Source: a virus. From it: a DNA stretch of 64,000 nucleotides. Every line of letters starts with the position of its first letter. Within the stretch, counting starts at the first letter, position 1. This document shows positions 45,428 through 55,006 of this stretch, in pieces. The stretch spans positions 2,387 through 66,386 of the IMG/VR virus record IMGVR_UViG_3300005534_000013; one strand, written 5' to 3'. The notes beneath the pieces are model-generated. The model worked only from the letters and a program-made list of their open reading frames with translations, was not told the DNA's origin and did no database searches. A program made the translations under genes and the position numbers.

Positions 45428-46204
45428 TCACCCACCTTCCTTGATCGCCTGCATGGCCGCTTCGAGTTCTGCGAGGCTGAGGCCGCCGGGCGTAGTGCCG
45501 CGCTTCTCGACCCAATCAGGGTCGATCATCGCGTAGGCCTCGTCGCAAAAATGGGCGAAGAAAGGCCACGTCATCCGGTAGGTCTGGCCCCAGGAGATCA
45601 GGTGCAGGCCCTCGGCCTGGTAGCCCGCCAGGGCGACGCAGTGGCCGCCGATGATCGTGTTGTCGCCAGCCGGGTTCAAGTCCCAGACCTGCGGCGGCCC
45701 GGAGTTCATCAGGTAGGCGGGGACGTTGAAGCCGATGTAGCAGACCCCGCACTCGGCGATCACGCGGCGGATGTCATCGAGCCTTGAGACGTCGATCTCG
45801 ACGTAGGCCGCGAGCTTGTGGCGATGTTGGGCCTGCTGGCCCACCGGCGCGCCGTTCTTGACCAAGTAGGCGAGGACCGTTTGGAGGACACTGCCCTGGT
45901 CGGTGTTCGGATCATTCGGGTTGTAGCCGGAGGAGAGCTCGTAGAGCTTCACGACGTCGAGGTCCGGGACCGTCCAGATCGGGGGCTTGGCGTTCTCGCT
46001 CCAGACCTGGAGGGCGTGATAGTACGCCGCCTCGACGCAATCGCCGATCGAATCGTTCTGGAACATGTGGAGGTCCACCGGCAGCGTCTTGGTCCAGTCG
46101 ACCGCGTCGGGCGGCGGCGGAAGCGCCTTCTCGCGGGTGAGCCAGGTGAACGACGGGATTCTGTTGTCAAAGGCGCGGGGGCGCCGACCGAGTTTGAAGG
46201 GCAT
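45428..46204 (-). CDS. second papain-like cysteine peptidase
   Basis: NDSIGDCVEAA, GGHCVALAGY, ISWG. Confidence 0.75.
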   Translation of the reverse strand: MPFKLGRRPRAFDNRIPSFTWLTREKALPPPPDAVDWTKTLPVDLHMFQNDSIGDCVEAAYYHALQVWSENAKPPIWTVPDLDVVKLYELSSGYNPNDPNTDQGSVLQTVLAYLVKNGAPVGQQAQHRHKLAAYVEIDVSRLDDIRRVIAECGVCYIGFNVPAYLMNSGPPQVWDLNPAGDNTIIGGHCVALAGYQAEGLHLISWGQTYRMTWPFFAHFCDEAYAMIDPDWVEKRGTTPGGLSLAELEAAMQAIKEGG

Positions 46205-46546
46205 CTAGGTCTCCTGGGTTTCGGCCGGGGAACTCTCGGCCTTGGGGGAAGAGGGACTGACGGTCAGGGCGCCGGCGAAGATGCAGTCGATCTTCTCAGC
46301 GAGGTAGGCGAGCTGATAGCCCGGAATCGGTAGCGGCGCACCCGTGTGGACGTTCATATAGAAGGGATCGATCCCCGCCTTTTGAAGCGAACGGCAGATG
46401 TTCAGGTGCTCCTTCATGACCCCGCACCATTCCACGAAGGCGTGGAACTCGCCGCCGCAGCCATTGCGAAACAAGTCCCAGTAGAACCGGCTGACGCAAT
46501 CATCGAGCCGGTCGATCAGCGGACGTTCGGTCGTTTCAGTGGACAT
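46205..46546 (-). CDS. hypothetical protein
   Basis: coupled ORF in the leftward operon. Confidence 0.6.
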   Translation of the reverse strand: MSTETTERPLIDRLDDCVSRFYWDLFRNGCGGEFHAFVEWCGVMKEHLNICRSLQKAGIDPFYMNVHTGAPLPIPGYQLAYLAEKIDCIFAGALTVSPSSPKAESSPAETQET

Positions 46547-47315
46547 AGGGTCGTTCCCTGATCTGAAGGTCTGCCGGGATTTCTCCCCGCTCGGTCATCT
46601 GCTTGAGGTGAAACCAGCCGCCCTGGTGGCGCGTCGCGTCGCGGAGGTTTCGCGCCCAGGCGGGGTCCATGAACCGCGCCCGATGGTGGCCTTGCGAGGT
46701 CTCGCCGCCGCAGAGCACCCAGGAGATTCCGGTTGAGCCCGGCGGACCGATCCAAGGTCCGATCAGGTCGGCGATGTCCTCAAGGAGCGGTTCGCAGGAG
46801 GCGAAGAGCAGGGGGACCCGGAGCCGGTGGCCGGCCTCTAGGAGGGCGAAGGCATTGGTCAAGACGCGTTCCCGGTCCTCCATCGTGGCGCCGAGCCAGG
46901 CGTTCGGCGGCCAGGGGCCGGCGGCCTCGGTCATCTTGATCGCGTTCTGCGGCCGCTTGGTGAGGAAGAGCCAGATCAGATGCGGCGTCGCCCGCGCCCT
47001 GGTGAAGAGCTGCGCGCGCCACTCCGGGTCGACCTGGTTATCGAAAACGTCGCCGAGGCTGAGCGAGAATACGAAGGGTCGCGTGCCGTTCGCGGCTGCC
47101 TTGCGGTCCCACGTGTGGGGCTTCTGCCGGTTGGCCACCGAGGTCAGGACTCGGGTCCCGGCGCCCGCGCCTTTCTCGCCCCAGATCACCCGGCCGAAGC
47201 GATCCGCGACCAGGACCGCGGCATAGCAGCCGTCGCACGCCGGTGAGAGGCGCTGACAGCCCAACCACTCATTGTGCGTGTGGTCGCACCAGCTGATGCG
47301 CGAGTTCTCAGCCAT
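46536..47315 (-). CDS. DUF5131 (phage Gp37/Gp68) protein
   Basis: ISWCDHT.N.W.GC..SPACDGCYA, LTKRPQN, SCEPLL, WVLCGGE. Confidence 0.85.
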   Translation of the reverse strand: MAENSRISWCDHTHNEWLGCQRLSPACDGCYAAVLVADRFGRVIWGEKGAGAGTRVLTSVANRQKPHTWDRKAAANGTRPFVFSLSLGDVFDNQVDPEWRAQLFTRARATPHLIWLFLTKRPQNAIKMTEAAGPWPPNAWLGATMEDRERVLTNAFALLEAGHRLRVPLLFASCEPLLEDIADLIGPWIGPPGSTGISWVLCGGETSQGHHRARFMDPAWARNLRDATRHQGGWFHLKQMTERGEIPADLQIRERPYVH

Positions 47316-47497
47316 GGATCTTCTCCCGGGCGATCTGCACTTGGCCCATCAGCCATTTGAAGATGCGGCCGCCACCTGCGTAGTCTTTCGGAACGATCTT
47401 GATCTCGCCGTTGGGCTTGAGACAAAGCATAGCCTCGCCGAGATCGGTGCAAGGTGCCGGGACGTCACGCGGTGGCACGCCTGGGGTATCGCCGTCG

Positions 47498-47827
47498 TCA
47501 GCCGTGCCCCAACTCCTTCTCAATGCCCTTCCTGGCCCGCGTCAGAACTTCCTGCAGTTCGAGCCCGTGAAAGATCACGAAGCCGACCGGCGTGTGGGGA
47601 TAGACCTGTACGGAGACCAGACGGTTCTCGCGGATACACGTCTCTCTTATCTCGGCCGACCCAAACTCGTCGGGATCGTAGGTATAGCTGTAGCCCTTAT
47701 TTGGCCGAATCTCTTCCTCGACTGTCGTGTAGCAGTGTCGATGCTCGTTGCAGCTGACGCTCACGCTGAGAGCGTGTTCGTAGAGCCACTGGAGATCGGC
47801 GGCGATGGTCTCTTTCTGGTCAGCCAT
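47498..47827 (-). CDS. hypothetical protein
   Basis: ORF in the leftward operon. Confidence 0.55.
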   Translation of the reverse strand: MADQKETIAADLQWLYEHALSVSVSCNEHRHCYTTVEEEIRPNKGYSYTYDPDEFGSAEIRETCIRENRLVSVQVYPHTPVGFVIFHGLELQEVLTRARKGIEKELGHG

Positions 47828-47830
47828 GGG

Positions 47831-48052
47831 TCACCGTTCGTATCCTCGTTCCATCGAGATCATGTTTTCGCGCATCGCGCGGAGTCGCTGAAGGGAGGCG
47901 GCGAGCGACGCTGCGGCGATGAGGTCAGACCAGGGATTGGCCGGCGGCCCGACGCAGAGCTTCACGAACGCGCCGTGCCAGGCTGACCACGCCTCGGCCT
48001 TCACCGCCTCGATGCAGGTCACGAGATCGGTCTCCGAGAGGTTGTTAACCAT
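47831..48052 (-). CDS. hypothetical protein
   Basis: ORF in the leftward operon. Confidence 0.5.
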   Translation of the reverse strand: MVNNLSETDLVTCIEAVKAEAWSAWHGAFVKLCVGPPANPWSDLIAAASLAASLQRLRAMRENMISMERGYER

Positions 48053-49769
48053 GGATCACCCAGTCCTGGAGTGCGACGACCCCCGGGCCCGAGCGCTCGA
48101 TGAGTTCGAGGCGTGATAGCTCGCTCAGCCGGTCCCGGATATTCGAACTGTCGGTCGACCAGCCGCAGGCCTCGGCCAGCTGGTCCCGGTGCGTGGGCTC
48201 TGGCCGGCCCAGCATGACGTCGAAGAGCTTCTGCTGCGGCCCCGTGAGAACGCGGCGCACCCCCTCGGTGAGCGTGAGCGAGCGCTCCGGCGCCGGCGCT
48301 TCCGCGCGCCCCTCGTCGGTGAGCCGGTAGTGGCCGGGCTTCGGATAGACGATCATTCCCGCGCGGGCGAGTTCGCTCGCCCGATCGCGCACGTTCGAGC
48401 TGTTGGGCGACCACCCGGCGATGAACGAGACCTGGGCCCGCGAGGGTTCGGGTTTGCCCATCATCTCCCACCAGGCGATCGCGCCCAGGAGTTTGCGCTG
48501 CGGACTCGTGACGGTGCGGTCTTCGCCATTTGCCGCCGCCGTGGCGGCGGGCTGGGGCGCTGGGGCCGGCGCCGGGATCGCCGGTGCAGCGGGAGCCGCC
48601 GGCGCCCGTGGGGCTTCTACGGCCTTCTCTCGGCTTCGCTCCGGATGGATGCCTCCGCTGGTGCGGATGCTGTCGATCGCTTGCTCGACGCGCGCGAGCA
48701 TAGCGTCTCCTCCCTCAGTTCGTCCCGCGTCCCTTCCGGCCGTGAACCCCGCATCGTAGCCCTCGGCGGCCGCCCGCTCGATGAGCTTTCGATCGGGCGG
48801 TGGCGCGGCGACGGCGCGCTTATTGAGCTCGGCCTGCAGGCGGGCGACCTCGGCCCGGAGCGCCTTCGGATCGTTGGCCTTCACCTCGGCGTCGACGACG
48901 GCAAGGCGATCGCGCAGCCGGCCGAGATCGAGGGGCTGGAGTTGGCGGTCCGCGAGTTCCTCCCCGCGCTTCGGTGCCCGGCTGGAGTCGAAGGTCCGCT
49001 TGAGCGGGAATTGCGCGCGCTGGAGGACGTTGTGGCCCGGGATCCAGACCACCCCCTCGCCGATCGCGAGCTGGGGCAGGGCATCGGTGAGTTCCGCCCG
49101 CTGCTCGGCCGTCATCTGGCCCTTGAGCCAGGCGTCGACCGCGGCCCGGTCCTGGGGCGACATGGCCCGCATCGCGATCAGCCCGGCCATCATCGACATC
49201 ACGGACTTGTCGATCACCGCCGGCCGCTGGGTGATGAGCCAGGGGACGAAGCCCTTGACCCGCCCGCGCCGCACGATGTTCTCGACCATGCCCTTGAGGG
49301 CCATCGAGCTCCCCTCTTTGTCGAGCACGATCTGGGGTGCCCAGAGATCGGCCTCGTCGAGGATCAGGTGGAAGAGCGAGCCGGCGCTGCGTCGGTAGAG
49401 GGCGTTGAGGAAGGCGAGCATGAACCGGCGCTCGGCCGCGCCGCTCGAGAAGCCCCCGAGGCTGATGATGCAACTCTCGGCCGTGCCCGAGACGGTCTCG
49501 CCGATCAGGGCGCCGGAGTGCTCGGTCAGCGGCAGATCGCCGTGCGCGCCGCCGAGGATCGGGAGGTCAAAGCCCGAAGCCCGCTCGCCGTCGGCCGAGA
49601 GCCTCAGTCCCCACCAGACGTCGAGGGGGTCGACGATCACGCAGCGGGCGTCGGCGGCCAGCAGGCGCTCGACCGCGCCCATCGCGGTGTAGGTCTTGCC
49701 CGCGCCCGAAGTCCCGACGATCCCCAGGCGGTCGTCGAGCGCGTCGCTGGGGATCGGGTAGGGGTCCAT
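48045..49769 (-). CDS. HerA/FtsK-superfamily (DUF87-like) ATPase with C-terminal tandem winged helices
   Basis: GTSGAGKT, VDP, LDEAD, RRGRVKG, ITQRPA. Confidence 0.85.
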   Translation of the reverse strand: MDPYPIPSDALDDRLGIVGTSGAGKTYTAMGAVERLLAADARCVIVDPLDVWWGLRLSADGERASGFDLPILGGAHGDLPLTEHSGALIGETVSGTAESCIISLGGFSSGAAERRFMLAFLNALYRRSAGSLFHLILDEADLWAPQIVLDKEGSSMALKGMVENIVRRGRVKGFVPWLITQRPAVIDKSVMSMMAGLIAMRAMSPQDRAAVDAWLKGQMTAEQRAELTDALPQLAIGEGVVWIPGHNVLQRAQFPLKRTFDSSRAPKRGEELADRQLQPLDLGRLRDRLAVVDAEVKANDPKALRAEVARLQAELNKRAVAAPPPDRKLIERAAAEGYDAGFTAGRDAGRTEGGDAMLARVEQAIDSIRTSGGIHPERSREKAVEAPRAPAAPAAPAIPAPAPAPQPAATAAANGEDRTVTSPQRKLLGAIAWWEMMGKPEPSRAQVSFIAGWSPNSSNVRDRASELARAGMIVYPKPGHYRLTDEGRAEAPAPERSLTLTEGVRRVLTGPQQKLFDVMLGRPEPTHRDQLAEACGWSTDSSNIRDRLSELSRLELIERSGPGVVALQDWVIHG

Positions 49770-49948
49770 CAGGACGCGTCCGCAGCCTGGGCGGCGGCCC
49801 AGTCGGCAATAAGTTGGCGATATTCATCGCCCTCATGCCAGAAGATCACATCAGCCAGACGATCTAGGTCCTCCAACTTCGGGTGAGGATCCAGCACGGT
49901 ATCGAAGCCGGTGCCCTGTAAACGGCACTTGGCGAGAATCCTGCTCAT
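49769..49948 (-). CDS. hypothetical protein
   Basis: coupled ORF MSRILAKC... Confidence 0.45.
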   Translation of the reverse strand: MSRILAKCRLQGTGFDTVLDPHPKLEDLDRLADVIFWHEGDEYRQLIADWAAAQAADAS

Positions 49949-50418
49949 CAAGCCATCTCCGGGATCCTGGCCGTGAACCATCCCTGATAGCCCGGGGCCT
50001 CGATCGGCGTGCGGAACTCCTGCGGGTCGGCGAAGCGCCAAGCCCAGCGGCCCTCTTCCCAGTAGCCGCAGACCTCGTCGTCGACGTGGGCGGGGAGGAC
50101 GAGCGGTTCTCCGTGGCCGTTCATCGCCATGAGGGTGCAGTCCTCGATCAGCACCGTGCCGATGAAGGCCCCGAAGGGCACGTCGCGGGCGAAGCTGGGG
50201 CCGAGGTGCTCGATGCAGCGCTCGCGGAGGAGCGGATGGAGCTTCGCCTCGACGATCGGCTGGCGGGTCGCGTGGATGAGGATCCGCTGGCCGAGATACT
50301 TCGGCGGGACCGGGCGGTTGCGGGTCTCGTGGACCTTCACCGCTTGGCCGTCGGCGCGCTTGGCGAAGAGGAGGCTGGCCCAGGGTTGCCAGAGCGAGAT
50401 GGCGGGGAACTCGGTCAT
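49948..50418 (-). CDS. ASCH-domain protein
   Basis: ISLWQPWASL...KVHETR...ILIHA...GYQGWF. Confidence 0.82.
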   Translation of the reverse strand: MTEFPAISLWQPWASLLFAKRADGQAVKVHETRNRPVPPKYLGQRILIHATRQPIVEAKLHPLLRERCIEHLGPSFARDVPFGAFIGTVLIEDCTLMAMNGHGEPLVLPAHVDDEVCGYWEEGRWAWRFADPQEFRTPIEAPGYQGWFTARIPEMA

Positions 50419-50642
50419 CAGCCGCTGCTCCCCGGGAAGATCAGCCCAGCGGTGACGAGGGCCTGGCGCACCTTCTCGCGCCACGCCTTGTAGGAGTCTT
50501 CCCAGCTGCTCACGCTCACGTTGGCGTTGCTCTTCCAGAAGTCCTCCAGAAGTGCGAGCGCGCCCTCGCAGCGCCCGTGCGCGATCAGGCGGTCGGCCAG
50601 GGGGTCTTCTGGGGGGAGGAGTTGGAGTCGTTCGCCGCTCAT
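50418..50642 (-). CDS. hypothetical protein
   Basis: coupled ORF MSGERLQ... Confidence 0.5.
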   Translation of the reverse strand: MSGERLQLLPPEDPLADRLIAHGRCEGALALLEDFWKSNANVSVSSWEDSYKAWREKVRQALVTAGLIFPGSSG

Positions 50643-51349
50643 GCCTGCTGTTCCTCCACGTGTTCGACGCTGGCGCCGTAGCGTTGCTCCTGGTCGACCC
50701 AGGCCCAGAGGCGCTGGTAGGTTTCCTTGTCGAGCAACTGGCGCGCCGCCTGGATGAAAAGGCGCTCCCGGACCGCCTCCTGTCGACGCAACTCCGCGGC
50801 CTTGGCCGCTCTGGCGAGCTCGCCCCGGCGGTTCTGGATTTGCTGGCGCAGCATCTTGAGGTGTCGGATCAATCCCCCGGTCTTGGCGAGGAAGCCCTCG
50901 TCGCGGTCGCCCGCTGGGAGGGCGATCTCGTCGTCCCGGTTGTCCGACACGGCATGGAGGTGGGCGCTGATGTGCGCGAACGCCGCATCCGCGTCCTCGA
51001 CGGTTTTGAGCGCGCGGAAGTCGATCTCTGGGCGCTGCTCCAGGCAGGCGTTCGTCCGCGCGTCGTTCTCGTTGGGCGATCGCTGCGGCGCCGCGTTGCG
51101 CGGCAGGGCGGAGCGGACCTCCCATTCGCGACGCTTGACCAAGCGGAGAGCGAAGCGGTGGCGGCCGAGCGCGCCCCTGGCCCGGGCCTGCCACTCCTCG
51201 TCGTCCCTGAACTCCAGGTCGGTCTCGATCTTCGTGATCGCCAACTCGATCGCCTCCGCGACGTCCTTGAGGGCGTCGAGGTCGGAGATGAGGGCGAGCT
51301 GGCGCCTGTTCTGGAGGGCGAGCCGGCTGTGGGTTTGGGCGTCTTCCAT
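50639..51349 (-). CDS. helical hypothetical protein
   Basis: MEDAQTH...; charged, helical composition. Confidence 0.6.
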   Translation of the reverse strand: MEDAQTHSRLALQNRRQLALISDLDALKDVAEAIELAITKIETDLEFRDDEEWQARARGALGRHRFALRLVKRREWEVRSALPRNAAPQRSPNENDARTNACLEQRPEIDFRALKTVEDADAAFAHISAHLHAVSDNRDDEIALPAGDRDEGFLAKTGGLIRHLKMLRQQIQNRRGELARAAKAAELRRQEAVRERLFIQAARQLLDKETYQRLWAWVDQEQRYGASVEHVEEQQA

Positions 51350-51353
51350 CAGA

Positions 51354-51596
51354 TCACGGCAGGAACATCCGCAGCGGCCAGAAGCGCGCGGGCTGGGCCT
51401 TGGGGCACTCGCGCAGCTCCCGGCCGAAGCGTTCGTGGACCTCGGCCGGGAAGCTCTCGTGCACTGCGACCCGGGTGATGAAGCAGTCCACAGCCACGCC
51501 CTGGTCATCGAAGCCCTGCCAGAGCCGGGCTGGGACCTCGCGCCCGTCGATCTCCAGCGAGACGAGTTGCGAGGTCGGTTCGATCGTGAGCTTCAT
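51354..51596 (-). CDS. hypothetical protein
   Basis: VPARLWQG...GV.V.CFITRVAV. Confidence 0.6.
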   Translation of the reverse strand: MKLTIEPTSQLVSLEIDGREVPARLWQGFDDQGVAVDCFITRVAVHESFPAEVHERFGRELRECPKAQPARFWPLRMFLP

Positions 51597-51598
51597 CG

Positions 51599-53239
51599 TC
51601 AGTCCTCCGCCGTCCGGTTGGTCTCCTCGACCACCGCGTCCTTCTCAGTCGAGGGGAGGGCGTTGTATTCCCCGGACGCGGCCCGCATGATCTTTCGGAA
51701 GGCCGGCCGGACCTCGCCCCGCGCGCCCTCGTCGCCCGCGAGGGTCCGGTCCACCACCTCGTTGAGCCAGAGGCGGTAGAACTCGACGTCGCCCTCGGGG
51801 ATCGGCCACTCGTTCTTCCTCACGTGATTGAGCGCCAGCACCATCGCCTGCCGTTGCAGGTCCAGCGGCGCGCCGGCCATCGCGGGCGTGCGGCGGAAGG
51901 CGCTCGTGAGCCCCTTGAGCGTCGGCCAGTCGCCGGTGTTCGTCACCTGGTCCGCGAAGGCATTGAAGGGCGCGGGGTCGATCTCAGGAGACTCCTGGAC
52001 CTCGCCCGTCTCGGGATCGTGGGCCGGCTCCGGCGCCTTGCGGTCACCCGGGAAGTCCACGACCTTGCCCTGTGCGGCCGCCTGCGCGGCATCGTTGGCC
52101 TGATCTGCGCGCTGGCGCTCCTGCGCCAAGTCATCCTTCCCGCCATCGCCGGACGGCTTCTCGGGCTCTTTCGGGCCAGAGGTCTCCGCCGGCGAAGCCC
52201 CAGACGCAGCGGTGGCAGAGTCCGACGTAGGCTTGGCGGTCTCCGCAGTGGGGGCAGCTTTGCTCGCCGGCGGCGGGGGAGGGGATTTGGGCGACTCCTT
52301 GGCCGGTTTATCGTCGGTTTTCCGACGGTTATCCGCAGCTCCCGTCGGCGGCGGCGCCTGCTTGCCGAACGCCTCGCTAAGCCCGCGCTCGTCGACCACC
52401 GGCTGCTTGAGCGCGATCAGCTCCTCGATCGTCGCCTCCCCGTCCCGGATCGCGGTCAGGAGCGCGGCGGCGTCGAAGAGTTGGTCGATCCCGATGTCCG
52501 CCTCGCCCTTCACGCCCAGCATGGCGAAGATTTCCGCCGGGGTGATGTTCTCCTCCGCCGCCTTGGCGAACATGGCCTTGCGCCGCTCCGGGAGCGTCTT
52601 GGCGTCGCCCTTCGCGGCCGCGAGCGCCGCTCGGTAGCCGCGGTTCCAGATCCCGCGCGGCACGCCGGCGTAGATCGCGTTCCGGATCGCCTTCGAGGCG
52701 GCGGCGTTCCCCAGGGTGGTGATGAGGTGGCCGGGGAACTTCCGGCCGTTCGCGCCCAGGATCGAGACCCGGACGGACTTCGCCCAGGCGACGTTGGACT
52801 CGAGGTCGTGGAAGATGCCCGTGGCCTCGATCTCGGTCTCGGTCTGGTCGGTCACCCGCGAAGCGACGCGGCCGTTGCCCCACGCCTGCATGACGATCTC
52901 GGCGAAGCGGATGCTCGGGCCCTCGATGTAGCCGTCGACCCACTCCTCCTTGCCAGTCTGGGGGTTCTTCTTCTTCTCCCGTTGGGGCTTGCGGAAAAAG
53001 CAGCTCGTCGCCGTCTCGACGTCGAGGGTCGCGAAGCTCTCGATCTGCCGCTGCACCGTGGTGATGGAGCGCCGGTACTTATGGGCGGTCGCGATCTGGA
53101 CGTCGATCTCGGCCCTGGTCAGCCCCCCGATCACGCTCGTGTCGATCGGGGTGATCTCCTGCCGCATCTCCTCGCGTGTCCGCACCTCGCCTTCCAGCGG
53201 GGCCGCATCCCTGGGATCACCGCCTTGGTCGTCAGCCAT
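51599..53239 (-). CDS. putative single-strand annealing / recombination protein
   Basis: EIDVQIATAH..R...IEGPSIRFAE...WGN core plus long disordered tail with DPETGEV; near an exonuclease; function inferred from context. Confidence 0.55.
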   Translation of the reverse strand: MADDQGGDPRDAAPLEGEVRTREEMRQEITPIDTSVIGGLTRAEIDVQIATAHKYRRSITTVQRQIESFATLDVETATSCFFRKPQREKKKNPQTGKEEWVDGYIEGPSIRFAEIVMQAWGNGRVASRVTDQTETEIEATGIFHDLESNVAWAKSVRVSILGANGRKFPGHLITTLGNAAASKAIRNAIYAGVPRGIWNRGYRAALAAAKGDAKTLPERRKAMFAKAAEENITPAEIFAMLGVKGEADIGIDQLFDAAALLTAIRDGEATIEELIALKQPVVDERGLSEAFGKQAPPPTGAADNRRKTDDKPAKESPKSPPPPPASKAAPTAETAKPTSDSATAASGASPAETSGPKEPEKPSGDGGKDDLAQERQRADQANDAAQAAAQGKVVDFPGDRKAPEPAHDPETGEVQESPEIDPAPFNAFADQVTNTGDWPTLKGLTSAFRRTPAMAGAPLDLQRQAMVLALNHVRKNEWPIPEGDVEFYRLWLNEVVDRTLAGDEGARGEVRPAFRKIMRAASGEYNALPSTEKDAVVEETNRTAED

Positions 53240-53621
53240 CGTGTTTTCCTTCTTGTGCCCGCGCGGTCTCGCGCCGGCTGATCTCTGCATCCATGGCCAA
53301 GATCGTAAAGGCCAGGAGACCACCGCAACGCTCGCGCTTGAGCTTGTCGCGCGCGTTGTGAAGGTGGCCGTTCGGCATCTCGGCTATGCGTTGCGGGCGG
53401 CGTTTCGTGCCGATGTAGAAAATCTTCGCGAAGGCGATCTGATCATCAAATGATCCGCCTTCGCCGCTGGGCACGAGGCCGTCCATGATTTTCGCGAGAC
53501 CCGACGTATCGGCGAGCATCTGGGCCATGATCGCCTCACGGGTCTCGGTCGTGAGGGGTTGGCCCACGAAGCCGTCGAGAATCTCGTTGATCCTCTTCTC
53601 CAAGAGATCGCGGGCGGTCAT
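53232..53621 (-). CDS. hypothetical protein
   Basis: coupled ORF. Confidence 0.55.
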   Translation of the reverse strand: MTARDLLEKRINEILDGFVGQPLTTETREAIMAQMLADTSGLAKIMDGLVPSGEGGSFDDQIAFAKIFYIGTKRRPQRIAEMPNGHLHNARDKLKRERCGGLLAFTILAMDAEISRRETARAQEGKHDG

Positions 53622-53839
53622 GCGTCGCTCCGCTCTGGGTGTCCGCTTTCGCGGATGTCCTTTGCGAGCACCTCGAAAAACCCCCAGACGTAATCCAGCG
53701 GCTCGTTCGCGACGAAACCTGAGACGTCGATCCTGGCTTGGTGATCTGGCCGACCGCCCTTGCAGGTGATCGTGCCGATGACGTCGCCGGCCTTGTCGAC
53801 GATCTCGACCTCGACCGTATATCCTCCGATCTCAGCCAT
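53618..53839 (-). CDS. hypothetical protein
   Basis: coupled ORF. Confidence 0.5.
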   Translation of the reverse strand: MAEIGGYTVEVEIVDKAGDVIGTITCKGGRPDHQARIDVSGFVANEPLDYVWGFFEVLAKDIRESGHPERSDA

Positions 53840-54767
53840 CGCGCTCGCTCACGTAGTGGCCCGGCCGGGTGGCCGAAGTCTTTGTTTCCGGGGTCTCTAG
53901 ATATTCTACGCCGGGAATTTCCCCTCGGTTAGGGTCTTTGCACCAACGGCCGAGCGCGCGGTCGATCAGGGGCTGGTCCATGTAGGAGTTCAGAGGGCCC
54001 ATGCTCTGCATCAGCTTCGGCATCGAGACGATCCGGAAACCCGGGACCATGACCACGCGCGCGTTGCCCCCGCCGCCCGCCGCCTTGCCGAGCCGGCCTG
54101 GGTTTTCCGCCCGCTTCTCCGCCCGCTCCTCCGCCATCGCGGCCATGCGGTGAGAGGTGTCGGCCGTCTCCCGGGCTTTCGCGGCCGCCGCCTCCGCCGC
54201 GGCCGCCTCGCGCAGCCGGCGCTCTGCCGCGGCGGCTTCGATCTCGCTCTTCCGCGCTGCGGCCCTGACCTCCTCCTCCTGACGCCGGCGAGCCTCGGCG
54301 GCGGCCTGTTCGGCGCGCCTGGCCTCCTGGGCCTCGGCCTCCCGCCGTTGGGCCGCTTCGCGCGCCGCCGCCGCCCTGGCGCGGGCTTCGGCTTCCTCGC
54401 GGGCTAGCTTGGCCTGGAGGTAGGGGGTCGAGCGCTGCTCGATCTCCTTCGCCTTGGCGAGGAGCCGGGCCTTGAAGCGCCCGAACCAGCCGTCGATCTG
54501 CTTCTCGCGTTCCAGGTAGGGCGCCTTGGTCTCGACGCGGCTCGCCTCGACGTCGCGGGCGACGTCGCGCGCCTGGGTGACCCAGCGGGTGATCGCCGCC
54601 GCGTCCTCGTCCGACTGGACCTCGTGGGGCAGCTTCCCGCTCTTGAGCTCCAGGTCCATTTCGAGATCGAGCAGGCCCTCGTTCTGCGCCTCGAGGCGCT
54701 CCTCGAACTCGTTCGCCGGCGGCTGATTGCCTCCGATCTCGGCGCGGGGATTGTGCTCGTCCGTCAT
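53832..54767 (-). CDS. coiled-coil protein of the recombination module
   Basis: IGGNQPP N-terminus, R..KAPYL...IDGWF, long E/A/R coiled coil, IPGVE. Confidence 0.65.
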   Translation of the reverse strand: MTDEHNPRAEIGGNQPPANEFEERLEAQNEGLLDLEMDLELKSGKLPHEVQSDEDAAAITRWVTQARDVARDVEASRVETKAPYLEREKQIDGWFGRFKARLLAKAKEIEQRSTPYLQAKLAREEAEARARAAAAREAAQRREAEAQEARRAEQAAAEARRRQEEEVRAAARKSEIEAAAAERRLREAAAAEAAAAKARETADTSHRMAAMAEERAEKRAENPGRLGKAAGGGGNARVVMVPGFRIVSMPKLMQSMGPLNSYMDQPLIDRALGRWCKDPNRGEIPGVEYLETPETKTSATRPGHYVSERDG

Positions 54768-55006
54768 GTCCCTGGCTCCTCGTCGGTCGCCTTCCGGATG
54801 CTCTCGATCACGATGTCGGTATCGCGGCGTACGTGGGTGATCACCCGATCGGCCCCGAGGCTCTTCGCCGCTTCGACGACCGCGAGCGCATAGGCGGTCG
54901 AGAGCAGGGCGCAGAGGTCGGCGAAATTGCCCCCACGTTCGTCGACGAGGGTTTTCACCTGTTCGAGGAGCTCCATCGCGTCCCTGGGTGTGACCTTTGG
55001 GCTCAT
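54764..55006 (-). CDS. hypothetical protein
   Basis: coupled ORF. Confidence 0.5.
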   Translation of the reverse strand: MSPKVTPRDAMELLEQVKTLVDERGGNFADLCALLSTAYALAVVEAAKSLGADRVITHVRRDTDIVIESIRKATDEEPGT

